Assembly (NCBI GenBank): GCA_902797995.1
Contig: CADBUX010000003.1
Span: 1 to 62,519 of the forward strand
DNA from: an uncultured Erysipelotrichaceae bacterium
GTDB taxonomy: Bacteria; Bacillota_I; Bacilli_A; RF39; UBA660
Length of the DNA: 62,519 nt
Direction of reading: 5' to 3'
Shown: positions 18,638 through 27,139 of the stretch, in pieces
Numbering within the stretch: the first letter of the stretch is position 1
Layout: each line of letters opens with the position of its first letter
The notes under the pieces: generated by a model
The model's input: the letters and a program-made list of their open reading frames with translations, nothing else
Told to the model about the DNA's origin: nothing
The model's database searches: none
Position numbers and translations under genes: made by a program

Positions 18638-19934
18638 AGGTTTAGATGAGGATAAGGTAAGGCAAATTTCTAAGTTAAAAGGTGAAGATGAAAAGACTTT
18701 AGATTATCGCTTAGACTGTTTTAGAAAATTTAAAGAATTAGATCTACCAAAATTTGGGCCAAAACTTGATATTGATTTTGATAGTATTAATTATTACCAA
18801 TCTAGTGATGATAATCTTACTGATGATTGGGGAGAAATAAATCTAAAAACAAAAAAAGAACTTGATTCTTTAGGGGTAATCTCTTCAGAAAATTATTTAG
18901 ATGGAATTGGAGTTCAATATCAAAGTGAAGTTATATATCACAATATGCTTGAAGAACTTAAAGAAAAGAACGTTATTTTTACTTCAATAGAAAATGCATT
19001 TAAAAATCATCGTGATTTAATTGATAAATATTTTAGTAAATTAGTAAGACCTGAAGAAAATAAGTTTACAGCCTTAAATGGTGCAGTGTTCTCTGGTGGT
19101 AGTTTTATATATATTCCAAAAAATACTAAACTGGATCGTCCACTTCAAAGTTATTTTAGAATTAGTTCAAAAGATTTAGGACAATTTGAAAGAACTTTGA
19201 TTATTGTTGATGATAATAGTAGTCTTCATTATGTTGAAGGGTGTACTGCAAAGAATTATTCTAGTTCTAATTTGCATGCTGCAGTTGTTGAAATATATGT
19301 TGGAAAAAATAGTACATGCAGATATTCTACTATTCAAAACTGGGCTACTAATGTATATAATTTAGTAACTAAAAGAGCGATAGTTGAGGAAAATGGTACT
19401 ATGGAATGGATAGATGGTAATATAGGATCATTTAAAACTATGAAATATCCTTGTTCTGTTTTAAAAGGAGATAATTCACATGGGACTTGTGTAACTATTA
19501 GTGTTGCAGGACCTAATCAACACCAAGATAGTGGTGCTAAAATGATTCATATTGGTAAAAATACTACTAGTAATATCGTTTCTAAAAGTATTGCTCGTGA
19601 TGGAGGAGCTTCTGACTTTAGAAGTCTTGTTGATATAAAAAAAAGTGCAATTGGGGCTGAATCTATAGTAAAATGTGATACTCTAATACTTGATAAAGAA
19701 TCTAGTAGTTATGCTTATCCTACTAATAGAATTGGCAATAAAAGTAGCACTATAGAACATGAGGCGACTGTTTCAAAAATAAGCGAAGATAAACTATTCT
19801 ATTTAATGAGTAGAGGAATACCTAAAGAACGCGCTATTGAAATGATTGTTTTAGGTTTTACTGATAGATTTAAACAAGAACTTCCTATGGAGTATGCTGT
19901 TGAACTTAATCAGTTATTAAAGCAAAACTTATAA
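18627..19934 (+). CDS. sufB: Fe-S cluster assembly protein SufB
   Basis: Full-length SufB-like sequence: HYVEGCTA, QNWATNVYNLVTKRA, LFYLMSRGIPKERA. Confidence 0.95.
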   Translation: MQVKGLDEDKVRQISKLKGEDEKTLDYRLDCFRKFKELDLPKFGPKLDIDFDSINYYQSSDDNLTDDWGEINLKTKKELDSLGVISSENYLDGIGVQYQSEVIYHNMLEELKEKNVIFTSIENAFKNHRDLIDKYFSKLVRPEENKFTALNGAVFSGGSFIYIPKNTKLDRPLQSYFRISSKDLGQFERTLIIVDDNSSLHYVEGCTAKNYSSSNLHAAVVEIYVGKNSTCRYSTIQNWATNVYNLVTKRAIVEENGTMEWIDGNIGSFKTMKYPCSVLKGDNSHGTCVTISVAGPNQHQDSGAKMIHIGKNTTSNIVSKSIARDGGASDFRSLVDIKKSAIGAESIVKCDTLILDKESSSYAYPTNRIGNKSSTIEHEATVSKISEDKLFYLMSRGIPKERAIEMIVLGFTDRFKQELPMEYAVELNQLLKQNL

Positions 19935-19990
19935 AAAATATAAAAACTATGAAATAGATATATTGATGTGGAAATCTATTTTCAAAATAA

Positions 19991-20019
19991 AAATTTCCTT
20001 TTAGGGAAATTTTTATTTT
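19991..20019 (+). terminator. intrinsic terminator of the suf operon
   Basis: Stem aaatttcc (19991-19998) / ggaaattt (20005-20012) followed by tttatttt. Confidence 0.65.
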
Positions 20020-20107
20020 GCTATTAAAACTCTTTTTTAAACATTGAAAATGGCGATTTGCATCTAAAAATAAAACCTTTTATAGTGATAAAAAGGAGGT
20101 GATTTTG

Positions 20108-20446
20108 GTGCTTAATCAAATAGTTTTAGTGGGGCGTTTAGTAAGAGATCCTGAAGTTAAAAAAGCTAAAAATGGTAATTCATATTCTCATATTACTTTA
20201 GCAGTTCCTAGAAGTTATAAAAACGTCGATGGTGAGTATGAAACTGATTTTCTTGATTGTACTTTATGGCAACTAATGGCTACTAATACTAAAGAATATT
20301 GCAAAAAAGGTGATATTGTTGGTGTTAAAGGCAGAGTCGAGTCTAAGGTATATGAAAAAGATGATGAAAAGAAATATGTAACTGAAATTATTGCAGAAAA
20401 AGTTACTTTTCTTTCATCAAATAAAACAGAAGCAGAAGAAGTATGA
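20108..20446 (+). CDS. ssb: single-stranded DNA-binding protein, OB-fold only (SsbB-like, no acidic C-terminal tip)
   Basis: LNQIVLVGRLVRDPE..., TDFLDCTLW, VGVKGRV. Start taken at GTG 20108, 8 nt after GGAGG. Ends ...NKTEAEEV without a DDDxPF tail. Confidence 0.85.
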   Translation: MLNQIVLVGRLVRDPEVKKAKNGNSYSHITLAVPRSYKNVDGEYETDFLDCTLWQLMATNTKEYCKKGDIVGVKGRVESKVYEKDDEKKYVTEIIAEKVTFLSSNKTEAEEV

Positions 20447-20460
20447 TCTTCTGTTTTTTT
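20433..20460 (+). terminator. intrinsic terminator of ssb
   Basis: Stem cagaaga (20433-20439) / tcttctg (20447-20453) followed by ttttttt. The stem overlaps the ssb stop codon. Confidence 0.7.
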
Positions 20461-20490
20461 TACCTATAAATGTACAATAAAAATAATCTA

Positions 20491-20518
20491 TTTACAAATT
20501 TTGTGTTTTATGTATAAT
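20491..20518 (+). promoter_or_regulatory. sigma-A-like promoter upstream of the small precursor ORF
   Basis: TTTACA (20491-20496), 16-nt spacer, TATAAT (20513-20518). It lies between the ssb terminator and the precursor SD. Confidence 0.5.
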
Positions 20519-20538
20519 ATAGTTAAGGAGGTATTATT

Positions 20539-20691
20539 ATGATAAAATCTGATAACGTTAAAGAAATGAATGTTAAAGATAAGACGAATTCAATACAAAA
20601 CGAAGAAAAAGAATTATCTGAATCTAAGCAAAAACAACTAAAGAAATTAGAGTATTTATTGCAATGTGCTTCTGCTGAGTGTGGATGGTAA
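20539..20691 (+). CDS. candidate RiPP precursor peptide (50 aa): MIKSDNVKEMNVKDKTNSIQNEEKELSESKQKQLKKLEYLLQCASAECGW
   Basis: Hand translation; the ORF is too short for the supplied track. AAGGAGG (20525-20531) sits 7 nt before the ATG. The Lys/Glu-rich leader-like region has no Cys. The only Cys (x2) and Trp residues are in the last 8 residues. It lies directly upstream of the radical SAM operon. Confidence 0.6.
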   Translation: MIKSDNVKEMNVKDKTNSIQNEEKELSESKQKQLKKLEYLLQCASAECGW

Positions 20692-20698
20692 TGAGTTT

Positions 20699-20725
20699 GG
20701 CCTATATATAATATAGGCCGTTTTT
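20699..20725 (+). terminator. hairpin (partial terminator/attenuator) between the precursor ORF and the radical SAM genes
   Basis: Perfect 9-bp stem ggcctatat (20699-20707) / atataggcc (20711-20719), loop ata, followed by gttttta. Confidence 0.55.
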
Positions 20726-20742
20726 ATATTAAGGAGTAATTT

Positions 20743-21771
20743 ATGGAAACAAATGTATTAGTAGATATGAGATCATTATCTTTTATGATTACTGATAAAT
20801 GTAATTTAAAATGTAGTTTTTGTAGCAAAAATGCTGACTTTGCTAATTCTAGATTTATGGATCCTTCTTTTATTGATAAAACTATAAAAGATGCTCTGAA
20901 ATGGGCAGATATTAAGATTATTAACTTAACTGGAGGAGAAGCATTATTGCATCCTAAATTAGATGATATTTTATCAATTATTGATTCATATGGACTTCAA
21001 GCAAGGATTAATACTAATGGAACTCTGTTTAATGATAAGATGATTAATATGCTTAACAAACATAACGCTAAGATGTTTACAATAAGTTTAGATAGCTCAG
21101 ATGCAAAAAAACACGATACAATAAGAGGAATTGATGGAGCTTTTAATAAAACTGTTGAAGGTATAAAAAGGGGAGTTAAGGAGGGCTATAAAATATTTGT
21201 TAAGGCTACTGTTTCTGATGAAAATGTAGATGATATTTATGATTTGATGAAATTTGTAGATGATTTGGGTATATATGGTTTTAGTTTTGGGAGAACAATT
21301 CCTGTTGGTAGAGGAGAAACATATAATTATGCCACAAAAGATTTCTTGAAAAAGTACTTTGATATGGGTAGAAAAACAAGTGAGTATGCACTAACAAGTA
21401 AACTGGAGTTTTTAATTGATGATCCTTTGCGATTTAAATTCGATTGTAGATCTAAAAAGTTACTTGAGCAAAATGATATAAGTGAACTATGGGGTGGTTG
21501 TAGTGCCGGATGTAATTTTCTATATGTAAATATGGATCTTGATGTGTTATCATGTCCTGTTCTTTTAGAACCATGTGGTAATTTGAAAAATAATACTTTA
21601 GAAGAAATATGGAAAAACTCTAACCAATTAATGGAATTTAGGACTCGCATTCACTTAAAAGGTAAATGTGGAAAATGTCAATATAAGAATATATGTGGAG
21701 GTTGCAGGGCATATGCGCTTGCAATTACAAATGATTCACTTGGAGAGGATGCTTTTTGCAAAAGAATATAA
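20743..21771 (+). CDS. radical SAM enzyme with a C-terminal SPASM-type auxiliary Fe-S domain
   Basis: CNLKCSFC (CX3CX2C, codons from 20800), GGEALLHP SAM-binding block. The C-terminal Cys cluster is GGCSAGC...SCP...PCG...GKCGKCQYKNICGGC...FC. Confidence 0.9.
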   Translation: METNVLVDMRSLSFMITDKCNLKCSFCSKNADFANSRFMDPSFIDKTIKDALKWADIKIINLTGGEALLHPKLDDILSIIDSYGLQARINTNGTLFNDKMINMLNKHNAKMFTISLDSSDAKKHDTIRGIDGAFNKTVEGIKRGVKEGYKIFVKATVSDENVDDIYDLMKFVDDLGIYGFSFGRTIPVGRGETYNYATKDFLKKYFDMGRKTSEYALTSKLEFLIDDPLRFKFDCRSKKLLEQNDISELWGGCSAGCNFLYVNMDLDVLSCPVLLEPCGNLKNNTLEEIWKNSNQLMEFRTRIHLKGKCGKCQYKNICGGCRAYALAITNDSLGEDAFCKRI

Positions 21772-24700
21772 TGAAAGTATTGTATATTCATCCAGATACT
21801 AGTGAATTGCGTGAGTCCCAAATCACTATTCCTATTGGAATTGTTTCATTGAGTAAGTTAATTAAAAAAACGGATTTAAATATTGAATATAAGGGAGTCA
21901 ATATACCGATTGAAAAAAAATTAGATCCTTTGTTTTCAATTGGAAAGTACTTGAACAAGGAAATGCCAGATGTTGTTTTAATAGATTTGCATTGGATGAT
22001 TTATTCATATACATCAATTGAGCTAACTAAAATAGTTAAAGACATTAATTCAAACTGCATTACAATTCTTGGTGGTATAACTGCAACAATTTATGCTGAT
22101 GAAATATTAAAAAATTTTAAAACTGTTGATTATATTACTAGGGGTTTTACCGAGGAATGTTTGCCTTGTTTATTAAAGGCAATAATAAGTGAATCAGAAG
22201 TTGATAATATACCAAATTTATCATTTAGAAGGAATAACAAAGTAATTCATAATGAAATTAAGATGATTGATTCTAATGCTTATTATAATTATGATGATTA
22301 TGATTTCTTATTGCATTATGAACAAATGCTAGAAGAACAATCTTCTCACATGGCTGGTAATATTAAAAAGAAGTTAGCCTGGATTCCTACCGGAAGAGGT
22401 TGTCAATATAACTGTTCTTACTGTGGTGGAAATAATAAGATGTTTAAAGAAAAGTTTTGTGTTAACAAAATGATACCTTATAATCCAAATGGTATAGCTA
22501 GTTGTATTGAAAAACTTTATAAAAAATATTCTATAGATATGTTTGGGATTACTCATGATTTTGGTATATTTTCAGAAGAATACTATAATGACATATTTGA
22601 TAATTTATCTAAATTAAGTTTTAAACCTGCGATATATAACTATTTGTTTCAGTTGCCATCAAATGATTATTTTAAAAAATACATGGATATAATTAATCAA
22701 AAAGATAGTATTATTGGATTATCGGTTATTTGTGGTAATGAAAAAGATAGAATAAGAAATGGTAAAGTATTCACTAATAAAGAATTATTTAATTTTTTGG
22801 AATTTTTGACAAACTATGATACAAAAGTTGAACTTTATTTTATTGTTAATCCATATATTGGCGATCAAAATTATCGTGATACTTTAAAATTGATTGAGAA
22901 CATTTTGAAAAAGTACAAATCACGTATGAATTTGAGTGTTTCTGCTAGTTATGAGGTAATACAACCATATTCAAAAAAACAAGAAAATAATAAGACAGTA
23001 TTTACAGGTTTTATGGATTATTATTATAGATATTCAAATAAGTTTTTAGATGATGTACGAAATGGAGAAAATATTGAATATTTAATTGGGGATAAAGATT
23101 ATGATGATCAAGTATATGATAAAATTGTGCAAATAAAAGAATTGGTTAACAAATATGAAAATAGTGTTGATATTTTATATTTATATCCACCTTCAGGTAG
23201 ACAAAAAGAATTTGAAAAAGCTTTAGGCCTTGCCTATATTGAAGCGTATTTGAAACAATATGGATATAAGTCAGTGCAGTTCATACCTAATAATTTAAAT
23301 TATGAAGAAATAATTAAGTCAATTAAAGAAATCAATCCAAAAACAATAGGTATAAGTACATATGATATGAATTATTACTATGCAAAATTACTTTCTAATA
23401 GATTGAAGAAAGAATTAAATGTTCCAATTATAATTGGAGGTCCTACTGGTACTTTTTCGTTTAATTTAGTTTTTAAAGAATGTCCAAGTGTTGATTATAT
23501 TTTGCGTGGTTATGGGGAAGAGTCTACAAAAAAACTCTTAGATTATTTAATAAAAGGAAGAGGTAATTTAGAAAATATACCTGGACTTGTTTATAGGAAT
23601 AACAATGAACTCAAAGAAAACAAATTATATGAGTTGCCACAAGACATTGATTTTTTTCCATCTCCATATTTATCTGATATTGGTTTTCTTCCAGAAAGAA
23701 AAATTGTTTTGACTTCTCGTGGATGTTTCCATAACTGTGTGTATTGTAATTGTGCTGCAATGTGTAATAAGAAAGTATATTTTCACTCTGTTAATAGAGT
23801 AATATCAGAATTAAAGTATATTTCTGATAATGAACCAGGATCATATGTATTAATTGGTGATGATGCTTTTACGTTAAATATAGAAAGAGCTAAGCAAATA
23901 TGCAAGCGAATAATAGATGAAAAAATAAATCTTAAACTGTTTTGTGAAACTAGAGTAGATAGAGTAGACTATGAATTGCTTAATTTAATGAAACAAGCAG
24001 GTGTTATTAAAATAGATTTTGGATTGGAAAGTAGTAATCCTAAAATATTACGAAACATTAAAAAAGTTTTCTATAATCCAAATGATGAGAATTATACAAG
24101 TGAGAGACAGTTTTTAAGAAATTTAAAGGATGTTGTTTCATATTGCAAAAAGTTGGGAATGGATCCGATGGTAAATATTATTAGTGGTTTGCCTGGAGAA
24201 ACTATCGATGACGCTAAAGAAACACTAGATTTTATAAAAAAGTTAGATATTAATTCATATTCGCATAATTATTTGAAATTATATTCAGGCACAAGTTTAT
24301 ATAATGAACATAGAAAGTATAAATACAAATTATGTCATAATGTATTTTCTTTACCATTAATAATCAAGTATCCTTTTGATATAAAAAAAATAACTCCTTT
24401 AAATAATTCAGTTAGTAGAACAGATATTGTCAGAATGAAAAAGGAATTTATAAAACATTGGATGGCTAAAGATTTTTGGACTTGTGATAATATTGAAAAT
24501 CTTGCTCCCCAAGATCTTGATATAAATGAAGAATTATATTTTTATGTTAAAAACAAACAAGAAAAAGAAAAAGTGTTAGGCTTTATTATCAAAAAGGAAA
24601 TTCCATCAAACAATATTGTGTTTATTGAAGATAAAAATGGTGAATTGATATGCTCTAATTATCTTGATCAAGAAAATTATATAAAAATAATAAAGATAAA

Positions 24701-25064
24701 GAATAATGCTTTTGATGTTCCTCAAAACTATTATACTTTGTTACTTGTAGAAAAAATGAATGATACTATAATGAATAGATTTAAAGAATTAAAAGTAAAT
24801 CCTTTTATTAATAGATTTGTATTAATTGAAGGTATTGATAAAGATAAATCTATTAATAATGTAATATATGATTATTGCAATACTCATAATTCTGATAAGA
24901 AGTTGTTATTAAAGTTTTCAAAATATGTCAACTATGAGTTAGATAATCTTGATATTTCTGTTTTTCAGGATATAATATATAATGATATTTTTACTGATGA
25001 AGAAATTGCGATAATTGAAAAGTTTTTGAAGTATTATTTGTTAGGAGTTGATGATGATGAATAA
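21756..25064 (+). CDS. fusion of two B12-binding-type (class B) radical SAM modules plus a roughly 250-aa C-terminal region of unknown function. The start may be TTG 21756 or ATG 21771.
   Basis: There are two separate modules. Each has a Rossmann-like N-terminal part (ITILGGITATIY...ITRGFTEE and TIGISTYD...IIIGGPTGTF...ILRGYGEE). Each part is followed by a CX3CX2C motif: GRGCQYNCSYCGG at 22401-22424 and SRGCFHNCVYC at 23724-23747. ATG 21771 overlaps the upstream stop (TAATG). Confidence 0.8.
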   Translation: MQKNIMKVLYIHPDTSELRESQITIPIGIVSLSKLIKKTDLNIEYKGVNIPIEKKLDPLFSIGKYLNKEMPDVVLIDLHWMIYSYTSIELTKIVKDINSNCITILGGITATIYADEILKNFKTVDYITRGFTEECLPCLLKAIISESEVDNIPNLSFRRNNKVIHNEIKMIDSNAYYNYDDYDFLLHYEQMLEEQSSHMAGNIKKKLAWIPTGRGCQYNCSYCGGNNKMFKEKFCVNKMIPYNPNGIASCIEKLYKKYSIDMFGITHDFGIFSEEYYNDIFDNLSKLSFKPAIYNYLFQLPSNDYFKKYMDIINQKDSIIGLSVICGNEKDRIRNGKVFTNKELFNFLEFLTNYDTKVELYFIVNPYIGDQNYRDTLKLIENILKKYKSRMNLSVSASYEVIQPYSKKQENNKTVFTGFMDYYYRYSNKFLDDVRNGENIEYLIGDKDYDDQVYDKIVQIKELVNKYENSVDILYLYPPSGRQKEFEKALGLAYIEAYLKQYGYKSVQFIPNNLNYEEIIKSIKEINPKTIGISTYDMNYYYAKLLSNRLKKELNVPIIIGGPTGTFSFNLVFKECPSVDYILRGYGEESTKKLLDYLIKGRGNLENIPGLVYRNNNELKENKLYELPQDIDFFPSPYLSDIGFLPERKIVLTSRGCFHNCVYCNCAAMCNKKVYFHSVNRVISELKYISDNEPGSYVLIGDDAFTLNIERAKQICKRIIDEKINLKLFCETRVDRVDYELLNLMKQAGVIKIDFGLESSNPKILRNIKKVFYNPNDENYTSERQFLRNLKDVVSYCKKLGMDPMVNIISGLPGETIDDAKETLDFIKKLDINSYSHNYLKLYSGTSLYNEHRKYKYKLCHNVFSLPLIIKYPFDIKKITPLNNSVSRTDIVRMKKEFIKHWMAKDFWTCDNIENLAPQDLDINEELYFYVKNKQEKEKVLGFIIKKEIPSNNIVFIEDKNGELICSNYLDQENYIKIIKIKNNAFDVPQNYYTLLLVEKMNDTIMNRFKELKVNPFINRFVLIEGIDKDKSINNVIYDYCNTHNSDKKLLLKFSKYVNYELDNLDISVFQDIIYNDIFTDEEIAIIEKFLKYYLLGVDDDE

Positions 25065-26061
25065 ACAAATATTGATTATTGAAATAACATCATATTGTAA
25101 TAGTAGATGTGAAGATTGCTTAAGAGCTGGTTTAAATGATTCTGATTATATGCTTTCATTTAAGGACATTAAAACTGCTATAAAAGAAATAAAAAAGTTT
25201 TCCAATAATTATACTGATTTCGAATTAAAGATTTCTGGGGGAGAGCCTACAATATGGTTAGATAAAACTGAAAAAAAAGATATTACTGATATTTTGTTAG
25301 AATGTGAAAATAATAATCTAAATTATGCTTTAGTTACAAATGGAAAAGTATTTTCAAATAAAGAGCAGTGTAAAGATTTTTTTGATAAAATAAAGTATAA
25401 AGGTATTCACCATTTGAAACTATTTATTACTATTGATAAGTATCATGGAAATTATACAAGTGATGATTCTAATATAATACTTGATAATGTTTTAGAACTT
25501 AATGAATTGGAAAGTTTGGAGTGTTATGTTCAATCTACAGTAACGAAAAGAAATCAAGATAATTTATCACTTGATTTTATTGAAAAGTATACAAAAAAGG
25601 GAATAAAATTTATGTTAAATCCTTTACTTCCTTGGGGAAGAGGAAAGAACCTTATAGATGTGGTCCCATATGTGAATTTAAATAATAACGATAAATCAAC
25701 TTTAGGAGATTATGAAAATTATTATTATGTTCTTGGTAAAGTCAACAATATTTGGGATACTTATGATGAATTTTTGAATATGAATAATTTAGAGACGTTA
25801 AAACGCCTTAATTGTTGTGGTAAAACCATTACTCTTATGGGAAACAAGTATTATTATTCAATGCCTTGTTCTGGCAAAGAGGAATTTTGTTTTGCGACTA
25901 TAGGTAATTTGGACTATAAAAAGTATTTAGTTTTTAAATCAAATAATAAAACGATAAAAAAAATGGCAAATAACAAAATTGCCAATGAGGATTTAATTGA
26001 TAAATGTCCAATTGGATATGGAATTTGTGGGCTTTGTATGGAGAACGATTATGAATTATAA
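25048..26061 (+). CDS. radical SAM enzyme with a Cys-rich C-terminal (SPASM/twitch-like) region
   Basis: CNSRCEDC (codons 25096-25119), ISGGEPTIW. C-terminal Cys residues: NCCGK...PCSGKEEFC...DKCPIGYGICGLC. Overlaps the upstream gene by about 14 nt. Confidence 0.8.
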   Translation: MMMMNKQILIIEITSYCNSRCEDCLRAGLNDSDYMLSFKDIKTAIKEIKKFSNNYTDFELKISGGEPTIWLDKTEKKDITDILLECENNNLNYALVTNGKVFSNKEQCKDFFDKIKYKGIHHLKLFITIDKYHGNYTSDDSNIILDNVLELNELESLECYVQSTVTKRNQDNLSLDFIEKYTKKGIKFMLNPLLPWGRGKNLIDVVPYVNLNNNDKSTLGDYENYYYVLGKVNNIWDTYDEFLNMNNLETLKRLNCCGKTITLMGNKYYYSMPCSGKEEFCFATIGNLDYKKYLVFKSNNKTIKKMANNKIANEDLIDKCPIGYGICGLCMENDYEL

Positions 26062-27139
26062 GCAAAAAAAATTAGCGAGTTTTATTGTGGATTATAGCTT
26101 AAATATTAAGCCTCAAGAAAAAGTTTTTATTAATTATGTCGGTTCAAATAAAGAATTTTTAGAGACGCTTAAATATACAATAGAGGAAAAAAATGCTATT
26201 CCAATTGTTTTTGATATGACTCCATATGAGGAGATTGAATTAATAAAATCGCTTAATGAAGAAGATATTGACCTTTTAATTGATAAAAGCATTGAGCTTA
26301 TAAGTAAATGTGATTCATTTATTTCTTTACTTGAAGATTCTGATTTTATACTTGATAATAAATATCAATATCAAAGTGATTTGTATTATAAAAAATATAA
26401 AAAAGTTATTAGAGACTATCGATTAAAAAAATGTAAATGGATTGGTTTAAGATTACCTAGTGTTCAATTAGCAAGAAAATTTAATATGTCTTATGAAGAA
26501 TTTTGCTCTTTTTATTATGATGTTTGTGGAATTGATTACAAAAGATTAAAGGATGATTATCTATGGCTTGAGGAGTTGATGTCAAATACTAATCATATAG
26601 AGATTAGTAGCGTTGATACTAATATTTCGTTTGATAAAGCAGGAATCTCTGCTCATATATTATCAGGTGAAAAAAATTTACCTGATGGAGAAATATATAC
26701 AGCACCAATTAAAGACACGGTAAATGGTACCATCAGATTTAACGCTGATTCAGTACAAAATGGTTTTAAATTTAAGGACATAAGTTTAAAATTTGTAGAT
26801 GGTAAGATTGAAGAGTTTAATTCTAATAATAATGAATTGTTTAATAATATAATCAATTCTGATGGTGGTAGTAAATATGTTGGAGAATTTGCGATAGGCT
26901 TAAATGATAAAATTAGTGTTCCACATGGCGTTATATTGTATGATGAAAAGATTTTAGGTAGCATTCATTTCGCTTTAGGACAAGCATATGATGATGCATA
27001 TAATGGAAATGATTCATGTTTACATTGGGATTTGGTTCAGGTTCAAAAACCAGAATATGGCGGTGGAAAAGTTATTTTTGATGACGAAATTATTATGCAG
27101 GATGGTATAATTAAAAAAAATAGAGGGAGGAAAAAATGA
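26051..27139 (+). CDS. aminopeptidase, M29 (AmpS/PepS thermophilic metalloprotease) family-like
   Basis: N-terminus KKLASFIVDYSLNIKPQEKVFI, PDGEIYTAP, SKYVGEFAIGLN, SIHFALGQAY and HWDLV resemble M29 conserved blocks. ATG 26051 overlaps the upstream stop. Confidence 0.75.
   Translation: MNYKQKKLASFIVDYSLNIKPQEKVFINYVGSNKEFLETLKYTIEEKNAIPIVFDMTPYEEIELIKSLNEEDIDLLIDKSIELISKCDSFISLLEDSDFILDNKYQYQSDLYYKKYKKVIRDYRLKKCKWIGLRLPSVQLARKFNMSYEEFCSFYYDVCGIDYKRLKDDYLWLEELMSNTNHIEISSVDTNISFDKAGISAHILSGEKNLPDGEIYTAPIKDTVNGTIRFNADSVQNGFKFKDISLKFVDGKIEEFNSNNNELFNNIINSDGGSKYVGEFAIGLNDKISVPHGVILYDEKILGSIHFALGQAYDDAYNGNDSCLHWDLVQVQKPEYGGGKVIFDDEIIMQDGIIKKNRGRKK

Noticed and set aside
20674-20685. The Glu-Cys-Gly tripeptide in the precursor tail (AECGW), which matches the amino-acid composition of glutathione.
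   Set aside because: Glutathione has a gamma-glutamyl linkage made non-ribosomally. A three-residue match is expected by chance and there is no supporting gene content.
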